A DNA stretch of 64,000 nt, from positions 20,586,001 to 20,650,000 of the forward strand of contig NC_087436.1 of the NCBI RefSeq assembly GCF_036321535.1. The letters run 5' to 3'. Each line of letters begins with the position of its first letter. Position 1 is the stretch's first letter. The notes beneath the pieces are model-generated. The model did no database searches and was not told where the DNA came from. It saw nothing but the letters and a program-made list of their open reading frames with translations. Positions 50,013 to 62,642 of the stretch are shown here, one piece after another. Source of the stretch: Camelus dromedarius. Taxonomy: Eukaryota. The translations under genes and the position numbers were made by a program.

Positions 50013-51694
50013 TAGGAAAGAAAAAAGAAAGACAGAAAGAGAGGGAAAAAAAGAGGAAAAGAAAGGGAGGCAATTGCACTATTCTAAAAAGTTTTAAATA
50101 CTCACTTATCAGTTCAGGAAATCTGAGGTATTTTGATAATATCCTCAATGAGCCCTTTGGGAAATTTCTGCAATTGTTGTGTAAATAAAATGTGGATTAC
50201 AAAAACAGTATTGGCAAAAGAAGCTGGAGTCGAGGGAACAATCAGGAAAGTACGGATCAATGTCTTAAGTCACTGATGTTTGGGCAGAAGTTCAGGAGAT
50301 GAACTTGAGCCATGCAGAGAGATAAGGCAAGGACCTCCCTTCAACCCTCTTCCCCCAAACCTACACGGACCCAAAGAAGGACTCAAGCAAAGCATGGAGG
50401 TAAAAAAAAAATGTCTCCTGAAATAAAACAGTGACAACAAACATTCTCAAAGCCAACCCCCCTTTCTGTTTCTTAGTAACTCTACTGGTTCTATGATTAA
50501 TGTTGCCCACATTACAGCCAAAGTTGTTTTCTGTCCGGATTGCCGTATTTCACCCGCCCTCTTCCTGAGCCCCTTCAATGCCCCAAATCTCTCCACCCGC
50601 GCTCAGCCTTGAGCCCAGTTACAAGCTCAGAGTGCGATCTGGGTAATTCACTGACGCTTTTTTTTCCTGCCTGAGAAATGGTGATAATAATATTTCCCAT
50701 GTATTTCGCAGAAGCTGTTCTAAGGCTTAGTGAGGTCGTGTGGGTAGAGCTTTTGAGGTCTTCAGATGAAAAGTGCTAAAGGAGGCCAACATATTATTAG
50801 TCAGCATTATTCAGTTGCTGCTATGCTAGTCTCGGACCAGCATAGTTACGGTTGAGAAGGTATTAGGCAGGGGTTTATGTATTTCTCCCCAAGATTACTC
50901 TTAAAACTGAAATTGCAAAGCAGTCCCAGTTGTGAAAGTTGAAACCACAGTAAATAACGAAGGCTCTAAGCCTGATTCCCAGGCGTTCCGGGGGGTGTTA
51001 CGTGGTCTGGACGGGCTCCAGGTTCTACCTGCTCCAGTGACCTGGGGAGGGATCTGCTCTTTTGCCCTCTCAGAGGTGATGGACAGCTAACATAGTCCTG
51101 GCAGCCCTGGGAATTTTGCCTCCAGGTCTGAGGTCAGAGCTGTTTTTCCAGCCTGTGCTGGGAGGGAAGTCTAATTCTCACTGGCCTGTTGATCCTGCCA
51201 ATCATTTCAGGAGGGCCTCCAATTGGCTTACTCCATTTGAGCAGAGGAAATGACTCTTGAGTCCACCCTTTTTCAGCCTGAGATAGCAACCAGTTATCTG
51301 TCTGCCTCCCTTCATGGATAACCACAAGGCCACTGGGAGTGTTCAAAGACGTGCCTGGACTTCAGGAACTCCGATGCCCCTTGGCCTGGTGTCCATACCA
51401 GGGTTCGAAGAGCCTGGCTTTCAGGATTTTGGACTTGTCCAAAGATCTTATTATTGAACCAGAGGACCTTTAAATGAAGATTGAAGTGATTCTTTTTTAC
51501 ATGTGAAAAAGTAACCAAGGATTTTTATCTGGCAGTTGCAACTTGGTGATGAGAGTGAAACATTTTTTAAATAAATTTAAACTCTAAACCCTAGATTTGA
51601 GTTCCACACATTAAATTTATTGATTCTAAAGTTGTTGATTATTTGATCCAAACTTGAAGACCGTGGTTAAAATTCTTTAGTTCACCTGAGTGAA

Positions 51695-51864
51695 TTTTTT
51701 TTTAATTGAAGTATAGTCAGTTTAAATGTTGTGTTAATTTCTAGTGTACAATATAGTGGTTCAGTGATACATATATATTTTCCTTTTCATATTCTTTTCC
51801 ATTACAGGTTATTGCAAGGTACTGAATACAGTTCCCTGTGCTGTACGGTAGGCCCTTGTTGTTT
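51695..51864 (-). mobile_element. L1 3' tip
   Basis: ttgaagtatagtcagttt..acagttccctgtgctgtacggtagg. TSD cac(c/t)tgagtgaat. Confidence 0.9.
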
Positions 51865-51884
51865 CACTTGAGTGAATCTTGATG

Positions 51885-52275
51885 ACCTTCCTTCTTAAAC
51901 TTCAGGACGCATCAGCATTCCCTGCAGGGCCTCTTAAGACACTGAGTGCTGAGCATCACCGCGGAAATTTCTGATTAGCAGGTCCGGGATGGGAGCTGAG
52001 AACTTGCATTTTTCACAAGTTCCCAGGTAGTGCTAGAGGATAGTGGTCTAATGCTTTGAGAACCACAATTCTAAGGGCATGGACTGTAGAATCCGGAGTC
52101 TAGACTAGACACTTACTACACTACTTATGGTCCTGGACCAGGGCATGAACATCACACAGAAGCTTGTTAGAGATGCAGAGTCTTAGACCCTACTCTAGAC
52201 CTACTATATCTAAATCTGCATTTTATATGATGTCCAGGTAATTAGTATGGACACGAAAGTTTGAGAGTGCCACTC
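51885..52275. mobile_element. Two MER5A/B-like hAT MITEs
   Basis: ctgagaacttgcatttttcacaagttcccaggt..tttgagaacca; cttgttagagatgcagagtc..aaagtttgaga. Confidence 0.7.
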
Positions 52276-52947
52276 TCGAACTTCCTGTGTATTTGTTATT
52301 ATCCAGTAACCTATGAATTGTTCCAGATTCTCAGGACAGAAAGCTCTCCGAGTCATGTAACTTCCAATCTGAATGTAGCTCAGATTGAATGCAACCACGG
52401 ACTCCGGGAAAATCAGCCTAGCACAATACCGTCTAGGGCTTTACTCATCTCTCACATCTCACCAAAGAGTGAACTGAGATCCACGAAAATGGCCAATGAA
52501 CAAATTCAAATGGCTTCAGTACACAGACAAGCTTGCTTCTTCCATAGAAACCAAAAGCCCAAGGAGAAACTCCAGGTACATTTGAATGGTCAATGGGGCC
52601 AATGACTCCTTTTGAGCCAAAATCCCACAAACCAGACGGGAGCTCCTGGGTGTCCACCTTTTAGCTCTGTCGTACAATTGTATAGAGCAGAAATGTCAAC
52701 GCTTCTCTTGACAGTGCTAGCGGCAGCTTTCCCTGTGGGAAGGCAGGTGTTCAACATCAAATAACACTGCCCGGGACCTGAGCAACCCAGAGAAAAATGT
52801 AAATGAAACTAAACAGTTATGATAAGAACCAGTCGACCACCCGGTCCACCCTGCCCCAACTCCTCCCATCCCCCCTCTGCTTCCCTTCTTTGCTCACAAA
52901 GCTGAAATGTCAGGGAGTGTCTTTAGAATTTCACATGCTGTACAAGT

Positions 52948-53110
52948 TCATACAGTATAGCACAGGGAACTATTCTCAATATCTTGTAGCAGCTTATGGT
53001 GAAAAAGAATATGAAAAAAAATATATGTATGTTCATGTATGACTGAGGCATTGTGCTGTACACCAGCAATTGACACAACACTGTAAACTGACTATACTTC
53101 AATAAAATTT
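52948..53110 (+). mobile_element. L1 3' tip
   Basis: atacagtatagcacagggaactattctcaatatcttgta..ctgactatacttcaataaaa. Confidence 0.9.
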
Positions 53111-53571
53111 TTTTTTTTAAAAACCAGACTCCACAAACCTCAGAAATCAGGGCAGATTTATTGAAGGCCTTGGGCACAATAGACTTCACCCAGAAGAGCC
53201 CATCAAGATATCCATTTCAGGACACAGTTGGGAGATTACAATTTACTAAATGTGTTGATTTGGCTACTAAATGAAACATTTGTTGTGTCTTTCATGGCTG
53301 TTCATTGTTCTAGCAAGTCATTCATTCAGCAGGTATGTGCTCAGTGGTAGGGTCTTGGGGAAATACAAAAATGAAGCTCCTTGTGGGGGAAATAAATATG
53401 GAGATAAAAAAACTAGAGTGCAAGGTTGAGAGACTTAGGACTAGAAGTCTCAGTCTCAGAAAATCCTGTAGAGGAGAAGGTGTGGATCTCTGAAATGAAA
53501 GAGATGTGGGTCATGTAATATGAGCGGAAACTGGAGACTGGGGTTGTGGATTACTGTCCTTTTAAAAGAAA

Positions 53572-54181
53572 TTTTTTTATATTAAAGTATAGTTGATTTA
53601 CAATGTTGTGTTAGTTTCTGGTTCATAGCATAGTGATTCAGTTATACATATATATATATTCTTTTTCTTTATAGATTATTACAAGATATTGAATATATTT
53701 CCCTGTGCTATACAGTAGGACCTTGTTGTTTTTCTATTTCATATATAATAGTTTGTAGCTGCTAATCCCAAACTGCTAATTTGTCCTTCTGCCCCTTTCC
53801 CTTTTGGTAACCATAAGTTTGTTTTCTGTCTGTGAGTCTGTTTCTGTTTTGTAAATAAATTCTTGATCTAGCTATTCCACTCCTGGGCATATATCCAGAG
53901 AAAACTCTAACTGGGAAAGATACATGCACCCAAATGTTCATAGCAGCACTATTCACAGTAGCCATGCAAGCAACCTAAATGTCCATCAACAGGTGATTGG
54001 ATAAAGAAGATGTGGTGTGTATATACAAGGGAATACTACTAAGTCATAAAGAGAATGGAATGATACCATTTGCAGCAACATGGATGGACCTAGAGATGAT
54101 CACACTAAGTGAAGTCAGTCATAGAAAGATAAATATCATATGGTATCACTTATATGTGGAATCTCAAAAATGATACAGATG
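53572..54181 (-). mobile_element. 5'-inverted (twin-primed) L1
   Basis: Antisense 3' end at 53572-53862, joined to a sense segment at 53863-54181 (gatctagctattccactcctggg..tgatacagatg). Confidence 0.9.
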
Positions 54182-55240
54182 TACTGCCTCTTGATGTCAC
54201 TTGATTTTGGTTTCCAATGGATGCAGAAGCCTGTTATTTGGATTTAATAATCATACATGAGGGGAGTTGTAGCTTGTGGAGGGAGAGCCTTGGAGCCAAG
54301 GTAGCTGGAGTAATGGGTATGGACTGGTATTAGCCAGTGGCTGTAAGTCACCCAAGGGTTTTCCAACACACTTAAAATAAAACCCAAACTCCTCATAAGT
54401 GCCTACAATACCTTGCATAACTGTCTCCTGCCTACATCTCCATCCTCGTTCTTCACCTTGCTTCCAATATTCCAGCCCATCTGGCCTCCATGACCAGTCC
54501 TTACCCATCGTCTTCAGGTCTTGGTTTTTTCTTTTATCTGGGATGCCCTTTTCCAGACTGTACACATCCTTTTCTTGAGATGGGGTTTCAGTGGCCTCCC
54601 TGTTTAAACTAGCCCTCATTCTTGGTTACTCTCTGTGCCCCAACCTGTTCATTTCCTTCTTAACTGTTCTGTTCAACAGCTATGATGCAAGAAATTACTC
54701 CAAAACTTAGCAGTTTATGGCAAAAGAAGTCATTTTATTATATATCTAAGTTTCTTTGGGACAAGAATTGAGGAGAGGCTTGGCTGGGTGTCTTCTTCTC
54801 GGAGGCTGTCATGCAATTGCGGTCAGGAGGTGACTGGAGCTGCCACAGAAGGCCTGGCTAGACATCACTCCCATTTGTATAGTTTCATGGGCTCTCCATG
54901 TAGGCTAGTTTTAGCTTTTTTCACAGCATAGTGGCCTCCAACTTCTTACATGATGGCTGGAAATTCGATTTCCATTGAAAACCAAGATCAAGTGATCTCA
55001 AGGTTCTGCTCATACTGCCTCGGCCCACAGCTCCTTTATCTCAGATGTTCATGCCCTCTTCTCTGTGGGGTTTCCTGGTGACTAAGACTCCTGGTCTTGA
55101 GCTGTCTCAACCTTGCACTCTAGTTTTTTGTCTTCACATTTATTTTGAAGGCTTCAACAGCTAAGTGTTCCTATAGCAGAGTGGAAGTTGCATAACATTT
55201 TCTGACACAGTGACACTGCAAATCACTCAGCATCCTTCCT

Positions 55241-55313
55241 GTTTTTCTTTCTTTCCTTCCTTCCTTCTTTCCTTGTCTTTCCTTCCTTCTTTCCTTGTCT
55301 TTCTGTCTTTCTG

Positions 55314-55395
<82 letters not shown>

Positions 55396-55450
55396 TTCTT
55401 TCCTTCTTTCCTTCTTTCTCTCTCTTTCCTTCCATCCTTCCTTCCTTCAT
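55241..55450 (+). repeat. (TTTC)n/(TTCC)n microsatellite, the expanded tail of the adjacent SINE
   Basis: Tandem repeat directly visible, abutting the SINE 3' end. Confidence 0.95.
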
Positions 55451-55533
55451 TTTTTAAATGGAGGTGCTGGGGATTGAATCCAAGACCTCGTGCATGCTAA
55501 GCATGTGCACTACCACTGAGCTATACCCTCCTC
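55451..55533 (-). mobile_element. tRNA-Ala-derived SINE (short form)
   Basis: tggaggtgctggggattgaatccaagacctcgtgcatgctaagcatgtgcactaccactgagctataccctcc. TSD catcctt(c/t)ct. Confidence 0.92.
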
Positions 55534-57842
55534 CATCCTTTCTACTTTTTATTTGCCCAGATTCAAGGGTGGGGGGAATAAGTCTCCATATCTTGTTAAA
55601 GGATGACTCCAGGAAAGCATGTGGGATGGGAGCTCTTTTTGTGTGCAACCTGGGAAAAATACAATCTGCCACAATACCAGTTATTGCTGGATGTAATTAC
55701 AGTGTTCATCATTAATTTCTCTATCATGTCTCCCTCGTTAGAATGAATGTTCTCTGAGAGTCAGAGCCTTGTCTGTCTGGGTTATTCCTGTACCATTAGC
55801 TCAAAGTGGGTGCATTTGTTGTTTAGCTGAATGTTGAATGAATACCCAAATATCAGGATAAACTGATGATTCAGTTCAATTCTTTCATGAAACTAAAACA
55901 CATCACTTGTGACATGGTCTTTGACCCACCCACTTTCTAAAGAATGTAGCAAGAATTGCACAGCAGCAGTTAAGACGTCCCCCTTACCCACTTCTTCCTT
56001 TTACGCTGACGTTTCTCCAGTGCATTTTAGTTCTCACTTGAAAGACACAGACATCCTGAGCTCTTCCTGTGTCCCTTGGCCTTCTTGCCTCAGGAGCCTG
56101 TGACCTGGACCCACTTCCTAGTGATGTAACCTCTGCAAATCATGTACCTTTCTCTCCTCTAGTCTTCTCTCCATCTTGTTTCCCCAATGCAAAGCAGTGG
56201 GTGTGTCAAGGGGATTCTCTGCTGCAGATACCTAATTGGGTTGATTATTGGGTCAAATTTCACGTAGCCAGGTAGTGAGATACTCAGCCACTGACTAATT
56301 TTCCATATAAATGTCCACATTTAAGTAAGGAACTATTTGCTAAGCCCTTTTTGTTTTTTCCCCTTAATTAGCTCAACTGTCTACTACCAATGCCTTAAGG
56401 GTTTTGTTAAATTGCTTGGAAAGGCATTTGGGGACCAGTGGCATTGAGGCTGAATAGGTCCAGTCAAAGTTTTCCAAGGAGAATTTTTTGGGGGGGAATT
56501 CCGTGAGCTGCTTTCTAGGGATGCCATCGATGAAATGCACTTTATCTCCCAAAGGAAGAATAATGAATGGATCTTCACGTGGTAATTTTCAGATGAGGAT
56601 TCCTTACAAATACTAGCATTGCTGTTTTTCGCCCATAATGAGGATAGAAGCAAACTGGATGATACAGTGAGACTGGTAGTAGGAAATTCTTACCTTGAGA
56701 AACTCCATATTCTCGTTTTGCTTCTGTGGCAATATTCAGGTTGTATCTTTTCATTAGGGAATTTATAGAACATTAACTGAACAGGTTATGTTTGGAGCAG
56801 CATGACAATGCCACAGTGTTACTGGCCCAGGCTTCCTGCCTACAGATAAACTTTTCTGAGTCTGGACATGTACTTTCTTGTGGTTGCTTCTGCTTCTACT
56901 GAAGTAGCTCATACACAGAATGATGAAAAGAAGAGCAGAAATCTTGAACTGGAGGTGGAAAGACAGCCATGTGGGTCAAAGCGGTTGAAAGCTGGAGCTT
57001 GTGAAACTAATGGTTATGGTAGGAAGATGTGGCTGGCCCAGGAGTCTAGTAGACCTGGGTAAGGATATGAGACTAGTAGAAAATCTTAACAATGCCCAGG
57101 GTGCCAAATGGTGATGGGTTCATTTAATGAACTAAATGAAAACCTCGCCCCGAATCTTAATTGTGACACAAGATCTCTTCCTTCTGTCTTGACCCAGGTG
57201 TTAGGTAAAATAACCAATGTAGATGGGATTTAAACCAAAGAACTTGCTTTGCTAGGTAAGTACTTTTAGTCAAGAATAACACTATTATAACACTATAACA
57301 TCTTTTATGCCTCGATATTATTTCTTCTCCCCCATTCTCAGCATTTTGAGAATGAAGAACCTGCCTTATACACCTTTATCTTCCCAGTAGGGCCTGGACT
57401 AGTCTTCAGTAATTATTTATCAGTCAACTGGTGGATTGTTGTAAATGTTCTTAACATTACCCTTGATAAATCAGTGTTCCCTGGTCCTAATGTCAGGCTT
57501 TCTTGTGCAAATGAAAAGAGAGAAAGTATATAGGAAGGAAACCTCGCAATTTGTCCAGCCTCCCTCCCTCCCTTCCGCCCCCCATCTTCATTCTTTGATT
57601 TTTCTCTCATTATAGAAATGTAGGGCTGGGTTTATTTTGGTTTTTTGTTTTTCAAACTCTGGTAGTCAAACTTCCCTTTTTGCCTTTACATTTGTAGTCA
57701 GTAGAGAGCATTGGTACGAACCTTTTTTTAAATCTAATAGTGTTGAGGGGATTAATTAGAGGAAGCACAGCACTGTGAGCTCCTAAGTCAGAACAGGCTG
57801 AGTGAAATACTACTTTAAAACAAATTTCTAATGAACAAATCA

Positions 57843-58085
57843 GGGGGAAGGGCTAAATTAGGAGTTTGGGATTAACATATACACACTACTATACATAAGG
57901 TAAATAAACAACAAGGACCTACTATACAGCCAGGGAACTATGTTCAATGTCTTGTAGTAACCTATAACAGAAAATAATCTGAAAAAGAATATTTATATAC
58001 GTGTATATAAAATTGAATCACTTTTCTGTACACCTGAAACTAACACATTGTAAATCAACTATACGTCAGTAAGAATTTTTTTAAA
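57843..58085 (+). mobile_element. L1 3' tip
   Basis: ggagtttgggattaacatatacacactact..acattgtaaatcaactatac. Flanking repeat aaacaaatt. Confidence 0.88.
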
Positions 58086-58806
58086 ATAGAAACAAATTAA
58101 ATGATTTCTCACGATGGAACAAAGGAGTATAGAGGCCAATCTTCACGTATATCCATGGTGGGAGGAGGGTAGAAAGTAAGTAAGACATGTGAGTTCATGT
58201 TCAGAATAATATCACAATGCTTTGTGAGATAAATGGACAGACCCTCCACCGTTCCTGTGTTTGATAGTCAGCATGCCTTTGAAAAACCTCGTGAACTTTC
58301 TTTTTACCAAAGTTGGTAACGCAGTGAGTCCAGCTAGATAACGTGCAAACTTACCAACAAAGCAGGATTGCATTGTAATGTATTAAACTCATCATCAGAA
58401 ATAAATGTTTGAAAACAAGATGAGAATAAATATTATCACTAACTTGGGAGTCATGTTGTGGGAGGCAACCCAAATACCTAGAAATTTGGAGTGATTAAGT
58501 CATTGTAATCTTAAGCAGTTAAAAAAAATGGATAGACAAATTTCCATAAACTCCACGTCTGTCTTCCCTTTTTCTCTTCAGCAGTAACGACCAGTACCGT
58601 CTATTATGCCGAAGAGACGCTGGGCCAGTTTGTCCATCGGACTGCTAATGAGTTGGACTTACATTCCATGAGACACTATTTTCAAAGCACTTTCACTGTT
58701 GTATCTCATTTGACATTTGCAAAAAGGGGACAGTTATTGTTATGTACATTTTATCAAGTGCAAAATATGTATAGATGATGACTTTTTCCATATGTTAGAT
58801 TTCCAA

Positions 58807-58910
58807 TTTTTTTTTTTTTTTTTTTTTTTTTAGTGGAGGTGCTGGGGATTGAACCCAGGACCTCATGTGTGCTAAGCCCATGGTCTACCACTGAGCTATT
58901 ACCCTCCCCA
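58807..58910 (-). mobile_element. tRNA-Ala-derived SINE (short form, pure poly-A tail)
   Basis: A run of about 26 T, then gtggaggtgctggggattgaacccaggacctc..actgagcta. Flanking repeat ttccaat. Confidence 0.92.
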
Positions 58911-60199
58911 CTACCTTCCAATGTCCCTTGAATGTGACATTGGAAAGACCACTGGTCAGTGACTGCTGAGATTCTGACTCAGTTTTCACTGCTGGCCCCA
59001 CCACCATGCCAACTCTAGTCCAGATTGTCTTGGGTCTCAAAGTATGAACACAGATTAATGTACACAGTCATCATTAATTCATAGATATCTACTTAGACTA
59101 GCATATGATCTTGAATTACATTCTGAGGTCAAACGGCAAGTAAGAATGGCCATATTGGCCAGCACACCCCATATTCTCTTGCTGAGACACTCTTCCTGGA
59201 GGAATGCAGTTGCTCTCTTTGGGGCCATCCTTCAAATTCAGGTGTATTTCAACTTCAGTACCCATATAGGGCTTTTCCTCTAGCTCAGGTCCACAGGGAA
59301 AAGAAGACAACATTTAGCTTAATCATGTAATTCCTTATTCGAACAATTTGGAGATTACTTGTGAAGGAGTTGGAATGATAAATAGAATTTTGCTACTCAA
59401 AGAGGGGTCAGTGGGGCAGGCACATTGGGATGGCCTGGAAGCTGATTAGAAATGCAAACTCTTAGGCTCCGCTTCATACGTAGTGAATCATAAAATGATT
59501 TTCCCTAGATCCCCAGGTAACTGGTAAAAAAAAGACATGTTTGAGAAGCACTGGCCTGAAAGGGCACTACTTTCAGGGCTGGGGATTGGCGATCTGGGTC
59601 AGTCAGAGCATCTGGGGTTGAGGAAGTGAGCACACCCTTTCAGAGGACTGGTGTTCTGGTGGTTTGGTTGGTGATGCCTGCCATTTGAGGTTTTTGGCAC
59701 TAGAGGGTGACATTGGGCTGCCCAGCTAAGCGACCGGGGCCTCTCTTCAGGAGGCAAATGGGTATCTTAAAATGATGTACAATTAAACTTTTTTTTTTTT
59801 GGTCTCATGTATTAAATTTAGTCCAGTTACCAAGTTAGGACTGACATTTGTTTAGCGTGAACTATGTGCCAAGGCTGGGTCAGACCCTCGGCATGGCCTC
59901 ATTTAATCCTCAGGGGTCTTATTATTGCCCTCCTTTAAAGGTGAAGAAGCTGTGGTTTCAGGAGGTTAAGAAATCATGTCTATTGTAGCACAGCTGAGAA
60001 GTGACACAAAGAAGTGATGGAGCACAGATCAGACCGGGTCTGTCCGTCTGACTGTGAGCTCTGAGCTTCCATACTGCCCACCCTTCGCTACCTCTCTCAA
60101 CAACCCTCCAGGGCAGGCCTCATAAAGTAACCAACTGTGATCCCTCTAAACAATGAGAATGAAGAGCTGAGTGAAAAGAGGTCCTTGTACAGGCTCTAA

Positions 60200-61040
60200 A
60201 GGTATTCTGTCCAATAAGGAGCCACAGGCCAGGGATGGTTATTGAGTACTTGAAATGTGGCTACGTGACTGAGGAATGGAATGTGTAATTTGCTTAATAC
60301 TAATTAATTTGCCTTTAAGGCTGATACTTGATTCAGTTACTGGAAAACTTTTAAGTGTGTTTGGAACAGCTCAGGTGTGTGAATCTACCTTTTCAACTGT
60401 CACGTATTTTTGATAAAAATTTTGTGTCTGGATGAGGATGTGCTCTAAGTGGAGCATATACGTTGGTTTTCAAAGACAGTATCAAGTGAAGAATATAAAT
60501 ATTTCATGAATAATTTATATGTTGATTATATGTTGAAATGATCATATTCTGAGTACATGGAGTTATATAAAATATATTATTAAAATCAGTTTCACCTGTT
60601 TACTTTTTTAAGGTGGCTACTAGAAAAAATTTTTTTTATTGAAGTACAGTCAGTTACAATGTGTCAGTTTCTGGTGTACAGCACAATGTCCCAGTCATGC
60701 ATATACATACATATATTCATTTTCATTAAAGGCTATTACAAGATATTGAATATAGTTCTCTGTGGTGTATAGAAGAATTTTTTTTTTCTATTTTTATATA
60801 TAGTGGCTAATATTTGCAAGTCCCAAACTCCCAAATTTATCCCTTCCCACCCCCTTTCTCTGGGTAACCATTCTATGTCTGTGAGTCTCTTTCTGTTCAT
60901 AGATGAGTTTGTGGTGTCCTTTTTTTTCCTTTTTTTTTTTTTTTTTTAGATTCCACATATGAGTGATAGCATGTGGTATTTTTATTTCTCTTAGAGAATT
61001 TTAAATGTGGCTGACATAAGATTTCTGTTGGACACTGCTG
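60200..61040. mobile_element. MER33/Charlie1-like hAT element interrupted by an L1 3' end (~60630-60992, minus strand)
   Basis: ctgtccaata..attgagtacttgaaatgtggct..aaaatcagtttcacctgtt..gtggctactagaaaa | resumes tttaaat..atttctgttggacactgctg. Confidence 0.75.
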
Positions 61041-61194
61041 CTTCAGAAACACATCACTGGGTTCAAGCCCTCAGTCTCCCACTTAATAGCTATGGGGACC
61101 CTATGGCCTTCCATTTTGTTTGTAAAGTGTTGTCAAAGTACCTACTGCACATGGTTGTTGAGAAGGTTAAAGGAGTTAATATATGTCAGGCGCT

Positions 61195-61639
61195 CATTGG
61201 GTGACAATCTCCCATGGGCCTTTTGTGTTTCTGCACTGCTGGTGAGCAGAAGCACTGAATGCTTTTGTTCTAAACTATCTTATCCAGGATTATTGCAGAG
61301 CAAACAGCCTGGGACAGTAGTGGTAACTTCTCCCTCTAATGCAAAGATCAGGTGGGTTTGACTACCATCTGTTATAAAAAGATTTGGTATCCCTCAGCTC
61401 AAAGTTCCTCTTCTGAAACTCAGCCCACCGCATGTGCAAGTATCATCTGGCCCTTTCTGTAAGGATTAGGGCTCAGAGGACCAGTTATTAATCATGGCTA
61501 TTGCTGTGAGTGCTAAAGTGTCATTTGTCTCTAACCCAGGGGTCTCCTGTCATCTACCAGCATCCATGAAGTCATGGTAGGCTAACTTGTCTACCTCACT
61601 AAGTAGAGTGAAGTCGCAGACACTTCACAGTTTTTGACA
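61195..61639 (+). mobile_element. ERVL solo LTR (LTR40-like) inserted in a MIR (~61050-61700)
   Basis: gacaatctcccatggg..tttctgcac..gagcagaagcactga..cagcatccatgaa..cttcacagtttttgaca. MIR halves lie on both sides. Confidence 0.75.
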
Positions 61640-62479
61640 GTACTTAGAATAGGTGCCTGGCGCACAGCACTGTGTAAGTGTATTGTTACTGTTATCCCCA
61701 CTTACTTCCATCTCATTTAGCTGAATCACTGCTGTCTTATGCCTTCTGTGTCCACTTCAGTTTCGGGAGCAATCTTTTCTTCACTCTCTGTTTGGACCTC
61801 TACAGTTCCTGTTGGCGGGAACTTACTGCTCACCCATGATGGTGACCTCAGGTTGCATACAGTGATGTTTTTAGAGCTGAATCTTAGAGATCAGCCAAAT
61901 GGACTTGATTTCTCTCTCTCTAATTATTGCTTCTTATTGTGCCCAAATTCTTCTTTTTCAGGAGAATTTTCTAGAACTAAATATTAAGGCACATAGTGGC
62001 ACTTTATGCTCCTGGTTCCTCTGACTGTACTTCCTCTAGCACAGAGGACAGTTTGGCACAGGACAAGGTTCAGCCACCATCACTGCTCTCCACCCACAGT
62101 TCTGTGTGTTTAGTGCTACTTCTTCATTTGTTTACACTCAGAGACGTGCATACACATGACCACAGCACAGTGTTTCCACATACGCATAATAGATTTTGAC
62201 TGTACTGTAAAACCATACCTAGAATTATGAATTTTATTGGTTTTGGTCAAAGGCCAATGTAAAAAATTTCAGAAGAAAGAGTCGGTACGATATACCTTTT
62301 GGAGTAAGCTACGGGATCAAAACAGAACAAAGTTAAAGGGAAAGTGAAACCTTCCAGTGTGAATTATATATAAGGGATTATCACCAAAACAGTGTAACTG
62401 AACTCTCTAAACTGCCTTTCGCTCTGGTTTTTAAAGAGGCCAATAGAAAAAGACACCTTATTTTTCTATTGGCAACTTA

Positions 62480-62642
62480 AACTTAAATTTAAATTTAACT
62501 ACAATTAAACATTCAGTTCTTCAGTCACACTAGCCACATTTCAAGTGCGTGATAGTCATATATGGCTAGTGGTACCATATTGGGCAGTGAAGATATAGTT
62601 CATTTCCATCATCACAGAAATTTCCATTGAGGGGCTCTGCTC
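62480..62642. mobile_element. MER3/MER33-like hAT fragment
   Basis: attcagttcttcagtcacactagccacatttcaagtg..catttccatcatcacagaaa. Confidence 0.75.

Larger units (their letters stand above)
54660..55673 (-). mobile_element. MaLR LTR (MLT1F/G-like) split by a SINE
   Basis: attactccaaaacttagcagttta..ggcttggctgggtg..gcccagattcaaggg..aaatacaatctgccaca. Confidence 0.65.

Noticed and set aside
58581..58700. Strong acceptor (cttccctttttctcttcAG) suggesting a coding exon
   Set aside because: No matching donor or recognisable peptide, and it runs into MIR-like sequence.
58916..58945. 10-bp inverted repeat ttccaatgtc/gacattggaa
   Set aside because: Too short for a pre-miRNA and plausible by chance in 64 kb.
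59116..59313. 65-aa minus-strand ORF with protein-like composition
   Set aside because: No recognisable homology or splice signals.
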